Source: Amoebidium appalachense
Lineage: Eukaryota > Protista > Ichthyosporea
Length of the DNA stretch: 64,000 bases
Assembly (NCBI GenBank): GCA_963693365.1
Contig: CAVNZM010000001.1
Coordinates: 6,154,907 to 6,218,906, forward strand
Direction of reading: 5' to 3'
In this document: positions 1 to 41,342 of the stretch, in pieces
Position numbering within the stretch: the first letter of the stretch is position 1
Layout of the letters: each line of letters opens with the position of its first letter
Translations under genes and position numbers: made by a program
Notes under the pieces: model-generated
What the model was told of the DNA's origin: nothing
Databases searched by the model: none
What the model saw: the letters and a program-made list of their open reading frames with translations, nothing else

Positions 1-2734
1 GTTTATCCACCGAAAACACCATATCCCCCGGACGATGCTCCACTTGACATATCACGTCGTGCAAAAACCTGTCACTACGTTGTGACGACACCACCTGTTC
101 CTGAAAAACAGGTGTAGAAAACTGGGAAGGAGAGGTGAACGAATTCGGAGTCCCCCTGTGTACCGGGGCCCCTACCTTCACCATACTATTCTTAAGAGAG
201 GAGATGTCTACTTCAGCAGCCCACACATGATTTGACACGTTGATTGAATCTACTTCAACATTTACTGCATCAAAAGGATGTGTTTGGGTGAATTTATCAT
301 ACTCGATGTATGCATTTCTACTGAGTGCATCACAATCTTTCATACTTTCACCTTTTGCATAAAAAGCCTTATAATCAAACGAAGCTAACTCTGCAGCCCA
401 CCGTTGCATGCGTTCGTTGGTTAACTTAGTGAGACCTTTCATGGCTAAAGTAGGTTTGTGATCAGAATACACCTCAAACGTCCTACCTACCAAAATATGT
501 CTCCACTCTTTGGTAACGAAATGATAGATAGCATGACTTTCCCGTTCTGGATTACTGTAACGTCGTTCCGTGGGGGAAAATACACGACTGCCATATGCAA
601 CTACTCTATCTACATTATCCTGTTCTTGATACAATATGCCACCCTCACTGACTAAACTGGCATCTACCCGGACTCTGAAAATACCTTGTGTGGGGGAGAA
701 ATCGGGGTGAACAAGAACATTATCACTTACCAATACTTCTTTTAACCGTTCAAAAGCTTCTAAAGCTTCAGAATCCCACAACACGGGGGCTTTTCTGTCA
801 CCACCTGTCTGCTTAGTAAGAGGGTGCGCAATTTCGGCATACCTCCGTATAAAACGACGAAGGTAATTGGTTAGTCCTAGAAACTGCCTGAGCTGAGTGA
901 CCGTTTTAGGGTGAGGCCATTCTGTAATAGCCTTGATTTTACTAGGATCAGGAATAACACCATCCTTCGTGATCCTATGACCCAGGAATTTAACATCTTG
1001 CACCCCCACTATGGTCTTTTTACCACTCACTTTCATACCAGCAGCTTCCAACACGGAGAACACTTTTTCACAATTAGAAACTAATTCTTCAAAAGTTCTC
1101 CCTTTGACACATGCGTCATCCATATAACATGCCGTATACGGTAAGCACGGACGCAAAATATCGCGCATAATACGACACAAATTTGCAGGTGCATGCACAA
1201 GACCTTGGGGCATCACAGTAAACTGCCACAATTCACCATCGAATGCAAAAGCAGTCTTCTCCTTATCCTCTTCCCTAAGCCGACACTGAAAAAATGCATT
1301 TTTCAAATCGAGGACACAGAACCACTTATAGCCATGAAAACTGTCAAGTAATTCATCAATACGGGGAAGGGGAAAGAGATCCTTTTTAGTGACAGAGTTA
1401 AGGCCGCGTAGGTCGGTGCACATCCTGTAGGACCCGTCTGGTTTCTTAATTAAAAGTACCGGCGACCGCCACTGACTTTTACTAGGCTCTAAAATCTGCA
1501 TTTCTCGAAATTCACTAATCATTTGCCTACCTGACTCTAATTTCGATTGCTCCATTCGATACTGAGGCATCACCACAGGACTTGCATCACCTGTATCAAT
1601 TGCCACTGTGTACCCCTTCACAAAACCGTGATCTTTTGGATGCTTAAGAAATACATTTTTAACTCGATTTAACATAGGAAAAATTAAGGCACGTTGCTGA
1701 TCCGTCCAACCTGGATCTACCATACCCCAGGGGAGACTCACTTCACCGGAATCACCCTCCCTGTTACTGTTACTACTTGCACCTTCACCTGCACACACTC
1801 CTTCTGCTTTACCAATATCATCACTAGAAGGGCCCGTTTCTGTGGATGAGGGATTGACACCTACTGCATCGGACTGAGGACCAGACACCGTGGTAACCGC
1901 AGACACTGAGACACCATCAACCGTAGGCGAGCGACTTCCTGTTGGTGTTGATGTCTCGGGCTGGCCACATGCTTCCGGATTACTAGGTTTATCTGAAGGT
2001 AGCTCGGGGGTGGGGATAACTAGTTCTGCAACAACTGTATCGAAAGGCAGCTGCCCTTCGATATATCCCAATCGTGTGCCAGCTGGTATTACTAATTCTG
2101 AATCATGATTTCGATTTTCTACTTCGATCATGATTGTTTTATCAGCCGCCACTTTACTATATGAAGGACTCATAAACGGAAGTAACCTAGCTGCCGGAAC
2201 AAAGACACCTATATCTGCCACGATTGCAAATTTGTCTAAGTTCACACGAACGAATGCACGACTGTGGGGGGGTACACAAATTTCGCTGACAGTGTGTGCT
2301 GTACTTTGATACCCCTCCGTACCCGTGTGCAAACGTACACTACCACCCTTCTTCAAATGCAACTTATTAGATTCTTCATCTAACAATTTAACATGTGCCT
2401 TTGAAAATGGCCGGCCTAAAATCATACTCTGACCCATATTTGCACAAACAGCAAACGTGACAAATAATGTGTGGGAACCAATGGTACATGGGAGAGTGAC
2501 CCGGCCCACCACATTCAACGATGCATCAGGGTTGGCAGTCTTCACACCACTCACTAAGTTATTTGAAAACATTGTAACACGTGCACCCTGCTTCATTAAA
2601 TTACAAATAACTTTTTCATGCACACAATTAATGTTTGCACCACCATCTAAAAGAGCATCATGAATTTGAACATCACCCAATACTACAGGAACATATAACC
2701 GTGCCTCTGGCTCAATTAAAGATGCAAACACTTC
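1..2734 (-). CDS. pol: Gypsy Pol polyprotein (aspartic protease, RT, RNase H), 3' end outside window
   Basis: Manual minus-strand translation is open from ~2734 to the window edge, so the ORF track misses it (no stop). Protease ALLDGGANIN...MILGRPF. RT SQWRSPVLLIKKPDGSYRMCTDLRGLN, FPLPRIDELL, LDLKNAFFQ, VMPQGL, YMDD (~1115-1126), VKFLGH. RNase H RVDAS, VAYGSR, ERRYSNPERES, SDHKP, CDALSR. Confidence 0.95.
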
Positions 2735-3128
2735 CTAACATAGAAACTGCCACTTCACTACTTTCCACACTAGTCTCTATCACCGACACAGAAATATTGG
2801 AAGGGGGGGAGGGAGGTGGGGGGGTGGGGGGGATTGGGGAAAGGGGGAAAAGGGGGGAAGGGGGGACGGGGGGGTGGGGGGGTGGGGAAAGGGGGGAAAG
2901 GGGGGAACGGGGGGAAGACTTAGCTTCATGCTGATTCTCAAGGAGAGAGGGGGTAAATTGCACCACAGCAGTTTTAACTGACTGTTTGACGGCACCAGGC
3001 CATGAGTGATTTATTGTCTTATTTACTTCAACAGTATCTGTATAACAAGACACGTTGATTTCAGACATTTCACTATCACTGCACATAGCCTCAACTGCAA
3101 TATACTCTACCCCACTCTCAGCGCCCCG
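2712..3128 (-). CDS. Gag-Pol linker, in frame with gag after its TGA (readthrough segment, Pro-rich)
   Basis: After the gag TGA (3129-3131) the same frame stays open: RGAESGVEYIAVEAMCSDSEM...PPPSPPSNISVSVIETSVESSEVAVSMLGSVCIFN*. It joins the pol frame if one T is removed from GTTT near 2727. Confidence 0.65.
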   Translation of the reverse strand, partial: RGAESGVEYIAVEAMCSDSEMSEINVSCYTDTVEVNKTINHSWPGAVKQSVKTAVVQFTPSLLENQHEAKSSPRSPLSPLSPPPHPPVPPSPLFPLSPIPPTPPPPSPPSNISVSVIETSVESSEVAVSMLGSVCIFN

Positions 3129-4574
3129 TCAACGCCGACGCTCGGCCAAAATTTTAGCCGACGCCTGCTGAGCATGATCTTTCCACCTAATACCTTCGGG
3201 GGCTGAGGGAAAAGTCTTAGGCAATTTTCGGTTGGGACAGTCCCGTTTCTGATGCCCTATCCCCGTACAATGAAAACAAACTCGATCTGAAATAGGCACT
3301 ACTGGTCTCTCACTACCCTGTTGGCTACCGTGCTTGCCGTTTTTCTGATAGGGAGCCGGGCGACGGGGTTGACGGTCATTTTTGGCCTTACCACCGGCAG
3401 CCTGGAAGGCAGCCACCTGAGCCGATAAGCTAGCTATCTGAGCCTGCAGGGCAGCAATCTCCGGAGCACCAATACCACTACCGTTGTTACCTGGGGTGGA
3501 AACACTATTGACCTGCGCTTTCTTGGCCGCCTGCCGACTAGCGAAACGACCCTCGAGCTTGTTAATAATTTTCGACTGAGCCTCATCGAGCCTGCTATTT
3601 GCCTGAGCTATTTCCCACAACTGCGCATCTGCCTCAAACGTATTCCTGTATAAACTACGTTGCATTTGACCGCTGACGTCGGTGTTCAAACCAGCTAACT
3701 CCAGCAGACGGCGAAACGTGTTGGTATGTGCCGTCACTTGGCCACCAATACTGGCAGCCGTGGCATCCGACGTGGGAGTGAAACGGAGGGCCCGGATCTG
3801 TGTCTCATATGATTCACGCCGAATGTTGGTCAGCCAGTAGTTCTCGATGAAACGCAGCAGCCACTCAGACGCCGTCAGTTCGACTTCGACCTGCAGAATC
3901 TCACCCTTGCCCTTGTGCATAGGGCGAGTCGTCTTCAGTGGTGTCCGAGAAGCCAGGTGAAAGAGAGAGGCCTCCGAACGCTCCTCTCCGTCAATGCCGA
4001 GGGCACGAACCGGCACCGTCTTCTTGTCGTTTTCAGGGTCCATGTAGTCGTCAAGGAGGGTAGCCATCTCCAACACACGAGGATCACCACTTGCCCGGTT
4101 CACACTCTGCAGAATCATGACTTGCCACTGGGCCAGGGAAGTGTCGGGGGACAGCTTGGCGATGCGATCGATGAGACGGTACCATTCAAACACGTTATCA
4201 GCCTTGGAGAGTTGAGGAAGCTTGAGCTTCTCCATCATAGCTGCAGCAGCAGCACACACTTCAGGAACCTGAGAAGCCCTGGCCGCAGGGGCGTCGTAGA
4301 ACACTTCATCCATCACAATAGGGTCTTGCCACTCCATCACACAGGGGGGCAGAGCGTCGAGAAACTCTGGGTCTATCTCATCCTGCGGATCCATAACTTG
4401 GCCGCGCCACTGGGTGAACTTGCTGACGGTGGCATCCTTGAGCTTGCCGAGGGGGCCAAAAACAAGAGCCTGGGCGAAGGTTGCACTCAGCCCGGCGACC
4501 GGCGAAAAGGGGGGTTCAGGCTCCATGTTGGGGGCGAAAGCAACAGCCGAGACGGAAGTTTTGCAATATAGCAA
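3129..4574 (-). CDS. gag: Gypsy Gag protein with C-terminal CCHC zinc knuckle
   Basis: 481-aa ORF with CFHCTGIGHQKRDC (CX2CX4HX4C) and a coiled-coil IAALQAQIASLSAQVAAFQ. Lies directly upstream of pol. True start may be the ATG of MEPEPP. Confidence 0.9.
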   Translation of the reverse strand: MLYCKTSVSAVAFAPNMEPEPPFSPVAGLSATFAQALVFGPLGKLKDATVSKFTQWRGQVMDPQDEIDPEFLDALPPCVMEWQDPIVMDEVFYDAPAARASQVPEVCAAAAAMMEKLKLPQLSKADNVFEWYRLIDRIAKLSPDTSLAQWQVMILQSVNRASGDPRVLEMATLLDDYMDPENDKKTVPVRALGIDGEERSEASLFHLASRTPLKTTRPMHKGKGEILQVEVELTASEWLLRFIENYWLTNIRRESYETQIRALRFTPTSDATAASIGGQVTAHTNTFRRLLELAGLNTDVSGQMQRSLYRNTFEADAQLWEIAQANSRLDEAQSKIINKLEGRFASRQAAKKAQVNSVSTPGNNGSGIGAPEIAALQAQIASLSAQVAAFQAAGGKAKNDRQPRRPAPYQKNGKHGSQQGSERPVVPISDRVCFHCTGIGHQKRDCPNRKLPKTFPSAPEGIRWKDHAQQASAKILAERRR

Positions 4575-4932
4575 TTGGATTGGTGTAGCTTGTAAAGTAT
4601 CCTCACGGACACTTCAGTGTAAAGTGTATGTGTATGAGTAAACGGGGTTCACTCTGAACTGGGTTTCAGAGTTTCGATGCGTGCGTTTATATACGTGTAG
4701 TCGACCCGAACAAGATTACTTGACCAATCACACAATTCCTTACCCAACCAATCATATTACAGATTAGTACAGGGCTAGCAATTACTGTGTGTGACTACTT
4801 TGATCTCTTGCCGGTTCTAACTAACACTCATATATAATCTTTACTGCTGCATGACTTATGGCTTACACAGCCCCGAAATATACTCCAAATAAACAGGTAC
4901 CAGTACTTTTCCTGTTTGTGACTTTGGTTACC

Positions 4933-5396
4933 AGTTACCTTTCGGAGTGCTGTCTCTCTCACATGTGTAGCTGCAGGTTTACAACGACCACTCACGGCAG
5001 CTGGACTTTGCCTGGATGCCCTCGACATGACTGGTCGAATATGAGGCTCTCCAATCACTCACAACCTGCTTGTTAATTATTCGTTCTCTCTGGCCGCAGC
5101 ATTTTGTGTGTTCCAATCAACACAGAAGAGGCCATAAGTTTCTACCGAACTCGCCACTATGTCCACTCACGCGAGTCTCACCGTAGTTCGTTTCCAAGTA
5201 ACCGAAACATACATAATTGTATTTGATCATCCGATTGGATAAGCAGCTACCACATTTATGATTGGTTCATTCGTCACCGAACGCCGACATCTGACTGGAT
5301 GAGCCGGCACCGACGAAATGTAAACAAAGCACATAGATCTGAATAGATCTGAATCGATCGATTGACACGACTGCTCGCCGCGGGGAGGACATAACA
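4933..5396 (-). repeat. Putative 5' LTR of the Gypsy element; candidate PBS at 4921-4933
   Basis: Minus strand starts TGTTATG at 5396 and ends GGTAAC(T), immediately followed by TGGTAACCAAAGT (TGG-initiated, PBS-like). The second LTR is not in the window, so this is unverified. Confidence 0.42.
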
Positions 5397-5875
5397 CCCA
5401 GTGAGCTTAGAAGCACAACACTGTGTCCGTATGAGGGGTGTACATGTATTGGAGTTGTCGACGTCGACGGTGTGTTGTCATGGTTACAGATACCATATAC
5501 AACTGACTATATATTTTCTAAATTCATAAAAAAGAATATGTACATTTCGTATCACTGATGGCATACGTTGAGATACATGGTCATTCAACCATTTCAAGTA
5601 TTATATTAGTGATAACCATGCCTAGCACATGTACAAAGCAGGGCCGGACCACCTGCTGTCTCAGGCAACTAATTATCACACAAATAACTTCGACCCCAGT
5701 CCTTCATACGGAAAGTCTTAGAACAAAAAAGTTCAAAAACCACTAGTCTACATACTGGGGTTAACCGGGTATGTACGCTAAACCCATGCACATCACTACA
5801 TACACATCAATGGATCCCCACATGCATATGAACCAGCTCCCTATAACAGGAACAACACCACTTGAAAAACTCTTT

Positions 5876-7726
5876 CTACCGTTTGCTCTCGGCATTAACT
5901 GGCCCACAAGGCATATCGTGGGTACCCACAACCATGGCAATCACAAACTCCTCCTTCAACGAATCGTCGCCCGTTCCCCCCTTCACTATCGAATGTTCGT
6001 TCAATGCCTGTGTGTGTTTTTCATTATCTGCAGCCAGTAGTGGCTGGGGTGGTTTGAAATTTCTCCGTTGCTGTGCCAACAACTCAGGATCGGAGCCACG
6101 CCTCACCGGTTTCCAAATCAGCTCGCGGAAATTGACATACCAATACATCATCACCAACAGAACCTGAAGTGTATAGAGTGATGCGTACACGTACCACGAC
6201 CATATCTTATTCCATGGTACAAAGCCATGTTTCATCAGATACCCGAATGATTGGGTACATACGTGAATGCCAAACAGCTGCATGAGCAGTTTTGACTGGT
6301 CCAAATTGTGTGTTTTCAGCGTTTTTCGTCGAACAAAAAGTAGAACACCGCCCAGCAGCCCAACCGCCATGGTACTGACGAAGAAGGAAAATGCTATCGT
6401 GTCCATAATGTGATCGAGTGTGTCGCTTCTGTCAACCCTACTGGCATACACACAGCCCACAATGAAGAACGGGGCTATGATTATCAAAGATATACGCACC
6501 ATCCACACAATCGTTAACGAGGCCGCTTCCACCTGGCACGCTTGCACCCACGTGTACGTGCATGTTCTCAAAGAAACCTTGGGGTGGCCGTACTGAATAA
6601 ACACCAGTCTCCACGTAAGAATCAAAACTGGGGTCACGGCCGTAGGGAGAGCAGTCCAGAATATAACTTCGTTGATAATCTGCCATCGCCGCTGCAGAGG
6701 GGGGAGGGCGAAAATTAAAAAAAAGGGAAGGACTAAACCACGTGTGATAGGAAGAGGGAGGGAGGAGGGAAGGCACTTTAACGAATTTTTTGAGGCGAAT
6801 TTACATTTACTAAGTAAAATTGTATAACGTTATGCAGGTTTGAGCATAACGTTATGCACGTTTCAAAAAATTAAAAATGTAATAACTTGGGAACCGTTCA
6901 ACCAAAATGCACCAAGTTTTCACAGTTAGTGTGTTGTTATACCCCCTGCACACGTACACTGAAATACCAGCAAAACAGTTTGATCTGCTCAAGCGATCAC
7001 GAAAAAACATGAAAAAACTTTTAAAAAACTTTAGGTCAAAATTTTCGGTAAAATCCCTTAGGGGGGGAGGGGGGGGTGGGGTAGGGGGGGGGGGGAGGGG
7101 GAGGTGGAGGGGGTTTTGGGGCCGATGGGGAGGGGGGAAGGGGAGGGAGAGGGGGGGGGGGGGGGGGGGGGGGGGGGGAAAGAGAGAGATGCGAGATGTA
7201 GTCGAGGAGAGCAGATGGGATGCACCAAGCTCTTTTCCGGAGCTATAGAAACGAGCCAGCAGCAAAGGCTATCGAGGGACACAACCACAAAGATTGCGCT
7301 CGGTTCACAATCACACCTGAAATGTAACGTGTGGGATATGCAAATGTACGCCTCCCGACTATGGCTCAGTACACACCCCCAAGCGACACACGCCATGTGC
7401 ATGTTCTCAGAAAACACGATGGAAAAAACACGATGAAAAAATTCATCAGGGCTACTTACAAATCCCTCCTCCCAGTTGTTATCAGGACGCAGTACGTGGC
7501 TCAGCACCCAGCCCCTATTGCCCAGGTATACATTCTCCAGCGTGTAGCCCACAAAAGACACGAGGATGAACAACAGAGAGTGCCTCCTTTGCGCAAGTGC
7601 CGGATATCTCACACGGCACATGTGGTAGGCCACAAGCACAACGAGTGCTGCTGTGGTGTTGAGAAGTGCCACGGTCCATTGAACAAACCCGTATGTTAGC
7701 AGCTGGTCTGGAAGTTGGGGGTCCAT
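5876..7726 (-). CDS. Multi-pass (7-8 TM) membrane protein, GPCR-like; at least 2 exons
   Basis: Exon 1 from ATG 7726 (MDPQLPDQLLTYGFVQWTVALLNTTAALVVLVAY...). Its donor is uncertain, probably near 7225 before the C-rich tract. Exon 2 follows acceptor ctctgcag at 6692-6693 and reads RRWQIINEVIFWTALPTAVTPVLILTW... in frame to the stop at 5876, with several hydrophobic helices. Confidence 0.65.
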
Positions 7727-10700
7727 GCTGGTGAAAACGCGAGTACTGGCTAGGTGGTACTGAGTGGTTGTTGTGGGTGAAAACTAAATAATGATGAGAA
7801 TTGATGTTGTGTTGGAGGGTGCAGCTGATCTAGATTGTTCGCACATGTCGAGCCGATCAATGTGGTGGTCGCAAGGACAAGTATATGTGGGGTTTACGCT
7901 GTTTACTCGAGGCAAAGATGTTTACGTATATGTGTGCCGTGGGATTGACTACTTGTATATTTGTTTATTTTCACAACAAGGTCTAAACGTGCCTGGCTGT
8001 CTACGAATATTGAAGCCTGTATGCCTGAGAGCCGCGGAGTGACGAATTGGTCAGAGATGAGTCCGGAGATGCTGACAAAAAATAGGGCACAAAAACGGTG
8101 TGCATTGGGCTGTGTCACTCCTAATGCAATCCAGTGCCACACGGCCTTCCCAGTTGCCAGTAACACCTTGGGTGGCCTGATCTTATTCCTCAGTGTTCTA
8201 TGAGAAAACAAATAATATCGACGTGTTTCGCATGTTTTTGTGTTTCACAAGACTGCAGGGCATAAAGTGGTTTTGCCATATGCATGCTACATACTCTCAC
8301 AGTGAGGGTCATAAAGTCGGAGACCTTGGCTACTGAATTCTTGTGGCGTGGGGTTGCAATGTCCAAAACTCGAAATGTTTCAACCTTGAAGCTTGTAGAG
8401 GTCATTTTCATGGACTGTATCTGAAAGATCCACACTGCAGGTGCATTCAAGCACAAAAACAAATACAGGTTAATGATTTTTATTTTTTTTTTCGCATTAG
8501 CACTGTATCTGACACCAAAATGTCCCTTCGTGTGCTAATGGTTTTTATTGTTGATGAAAATTGGTGGAATCATGTAGGCTTTTCTGAATATTGGACCCCC
8601 TGTCGGCGGGTCCCTTCATTCCTCTGTCCAATCCAAAGGGGCCGTCGCACTTTCCTATGGCTGCGAAATTCAAGATGAAAGCTCCGAAAAGTGCCCCTAA
8701 CCTTCTGAGGTTAGGTCCACCAATTCAACAAATTGCTCTAATACAGCCAACACAATAAAAAGTTATCCCCAAAACGGTTAGTGGCTCTATTAGGACCTTC
8801 CAAGCATGGGAAAGTCGCTAGTACTATGATCTAGTGGTACCAGGCAAAAACGAATTTCACACCCTGGTAGGAAAGCTGTGAACTGAGAACTTCTTTTATA
8901 TTATATAGAACTTCTGAGCGCGGTATTTCCGTGGAAAGAGCAAAGTACATGTGCATGCAGAAACAGAGCCTGTGTATAGGAGGGGATTTACGTATTATAT
9001 ATGTATATAATAGCATGATACATTCAGAAATGCAAAAGTGTGACAGTAACAATGTACTGTAGCATCATGATGGCTACACTGTGGCATGCCAGCTATGTCA
9101 AATCAACATCAACATCGATATAAGTTATCGATATCAACGTACCTAATAAATTGTTACCAGTACTGTAGCTGATAGTAGCTAGCTAGGAAAAGAGGAAACC
9201 ACACCATAACACTACCATGTGTTATTAAGCTCATCATTGAATCCCAAAAAGTAGATATCATAGGTAGGTAAGTAGGTATATTGATTTCGCTTTTGCTCCA
9301 TGATCGGTCGACGTCCATACTTTGATCTCGGCATATGGCCATCCGCGCTCCGACTTCCGCTTCGAGGGAGCTCGTTAGACTGGTTCCCGAACTTCCGAGG
9401 GGTGGGGCAATTCGCGAAGGCCCTTTTTTGCGGGTCTTCGCGAGGGTCTCGCATTCTTTCATTAGCCAAAAATGGAAATCCATCGTGAAACGCGACTTAA
9501 TGGAAACCACCAATTTTTTGACGATCACTCGCGAATTGCGATAGTCTTCGCCAAAAATGGGTATCGCATTCGCGATCCCCAATGGAAATGCGGCCAATGT
9601 GTGAGTCAGTGTGACGGTCAAGGGCGTACACGTACCATACGGCACCTGTGTGCACCTGTGTGCCTTTTTTTTCCCAGGCTTAGGGCCAGATCTCAGTTTG
9701 GATCGATATCAGCGGGGATCTCAGATTGCCAGGGCCGATGAGCCGTTGCCTTACATAACAACCAGCAGGCTGCTGTAAGTTTTGATAAATGCCGGGGTGA
9801 CCGGCCGGGGTGTAGTGATAGCGAACACACAAAGCCCATTCAACGTTGATTGTACGCATTTCATATAAACTTCACTTCACAAGATGTAAGAGGGTTCTAG
9901 TGAGTAGTGAAAACAGTTTCAACTAAATTTCAGAAGGTTTCTGTGCATTTAAGTGGCTGTTTTGCGTTTTAAAATCAATACATTCTCGTGTCTGGATCCC
10001 TTAAAGCACGGCCATCTAGAGGTAATCACGTTTCTACACCGTGTATGTAAAGTTATCATCTGGCTATGGTAATCGACAGTTTTAAATCGTGATATGTATC
10101 CAATCATCTTCTATCCTACCGCGAGCCGACCGGCGACGATATCTTGCAAGTCAGTGCACACACAACTTTCATCGCCGAATTTTATGATTAGAAGCCCATT
10201 CATAGCCAAATTCGTTCTACAACCGCAATAGTTTATGACGCGAGAATGAGGTGGTTGGGCGGCAACACAGCCCACCGTAAGCCCCTCTCCACCCCCTTAA
10301 TCCCCCCCCCCCCCCCCCCCTCCCTCCTCCCCCCCAACACCTTCCCTCCCCCCTCCCCCCCCCCCCCCTTCCCCCCCCCCCTCCCCTCCCCCCCCTTCCC
10401 CCCCTCCCCCCTCCACCCCCCCGCTTCCCCCCTCCCCTCCCCTCCCCCCACCCCCCCACCCCCTCCCCACCGCCCCGCGCCCCGCCTTCCCCCCCCCCCC
10501 CCCCCCCCCTCCCCCCTCCCCCCTCCTACCTCCCGCGCCAATCCCTCCACCTGTTCACGCTCACACCTCTTTCTACTTTCTAAAGCAAGTAACATGTTTG
10601 TTGCCAGTGTCTTGCACTCTGCAACTGGAAGCTTCAGGTCGCTTTCTTATGCAGCCCTCCCCCCTCCCCCCCCCTTCCCCCCCCCCCCCCCCCCCCCCCC

Positions 10701-10731
10701 CCCTACCCCGGCGAAGTGGAGAAGTGGGGCA

Positions 10732-10765
<34 letters not shown>

Positions 10766-10875
10766 CGCGTTTTGAGCTTGTGATCCTTGCTCCCCCCCCC
10801 CCCCCCCCCCCCCTTCCCCCCCCCTCCCCCTCCCCCCCCGCCTCCCTGCCCACCCGTGTCCTTCTTTTTACCGTG

Positions 10876-39817
<28,942 letters not shown>

Positions 39818-41290
39818 CACCCCGAATTCTAAGACCCCCACCCCCCTCCCCTCCCTGTGATTTCGCTTCCCTTTCCCGAAGTATCTCTCGCTATCTCTCT
39901 TCCTGTCCCCCTGCCCACTTCCCCCCTCTGCCCTTTTCTACCATTCAACCGTTGTTTGTTTTCTTTTCTTGTGATGAGGATGTTGTTTGCTGTTGTATGC
40001 TATGTGCACGTATGACATGAAAGAGACATGCACTCATTCCCACACACAAACGGCGGGGGAGGGGGAGGAGGGGCTACCCACATACGGCATGATGTAGAGA
40101 AGGGGGCATTAGAGAAATAGCAGTCGAAGTACACGAAATATTGTATATATGCGGGAATGGACGGAAGTGCCAGTCAGTCTGCCAAATTGATGTAAATAAT
40201 GTGTATATACCAGTTATGGTTTTTGTTTCTCAATGAATGAATGTAAAGGAGTCGAAGTTATGCCTGGTCACCATGTAATAATTGACTCGTTGTGGGGTGT
40301 ATTAATGAACTATATGTCATTGTGTATCTTCCCGTTTATAAACCGGACTAATAAACTCGTTGAATCATATGTCACTCCGCTATTCGAAAGCTATGAGGAT
40401 CATAATTCTGGATGTGAGTGTGGGTGTTTTGCATGCACTGTTACCGTACTGGATTTTCCATTATGATGAATGTCAATAAATGGTGCTGACTGTAATCGAG
40501 CCATAGGCAAGGTTGGAAATCTCACATCCTGCCTTCGTCATGTATCTATAGCTAATGATTAGCAAAAAAGGATATAGCTATAACGACCCGAATCCAGTGT
40601 TTGTGTTGGACATGCTGGGGGATGAATACGATGTCTATGTATGATATGATGGTACTGATAAGAGTTAGAGAGTTGTCAATGATTTGTTTAACATGTACCC
40701 ACGTGTGCGTGCCGCGACGTTCGTGTGTGCCTGCCTGTGAGCGTGCCGGTGTGCGCGTGTGCGCGCATGTGTGAATGTGTGCGCGCGTGCGTGTGTACTG
40801 TGCGTGCATGGCATTGCGTGTACGGTGTGTGCGTGCATGTGAAGAATAACTCCGCTCACAATGACTTTATTCTGCTGGAAGTTGTTGGCCATTAGCCAGA
40901 CACTCGTATGATGATTCTGCCCGAAGTTGCGCCTTTTTCGGTTTTTGCTGAGTATGCATAATTTGGATATGTAGCTTGATTGGATTTGCTGCAGTACTAG
41001 TTGTTGCTGATTTCGAATAATTCTGGCCCAAGTTGAAGAACAAATCTGCAAAAAGCAGCTTGACATAGCACAATGATACAACCGTACCCTTATGGTATAT
41101 ATGCAGAGTTCCACAAGTGATGAGACGGAGAAAGAGGGAGGGAGGTGGGGGGGGAGGGGGGAGGCCCTGAGGGGGAGGGGGGAGAGAGAGGGAGACGGGG
41201 GGGCTGGGGGAGAGAGCTAGCCGGGGGGGGGGGGGGGGGGGGGGGGGGAGAGAGAGAGAGGGGGAGAGAAAGAGAGAGAGCGAGAGAGAG

Positions 41291-41342
<52 letters not shown>

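Larger units (their letters stand above)
1..5396 (-). mobile_element. Ty3/Gypsy LTR retrotransposon (5' portion; integrase and 3' LTR outside window)
   Basis: Order gag(CCHC)-protease-RT-RNaseH on the minus strand is the Ty3/Gypsy arrangement (integrase would follow beyond position 1). Candidate LTR and PBS lie upstream of gag. Confidence 0.93.

Noticed and set aside
3915-4571. 218-aa plus-strand ORF
   Set aside because: Antisense shadow of GC-rich gag with no motifs.
6438-6776. 112-aa minus-strand ORF MADYQRSY...
   Set aside because: Alternative frame overlapping exon 2 of the membrane-protein gene, whose longer hydrophobic frame is the better model.
9154-9741. Several overlapping short ORFs
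   Set aside because: No recognisable domains or splice-supported structure. Probably intergenic or TE-derived.
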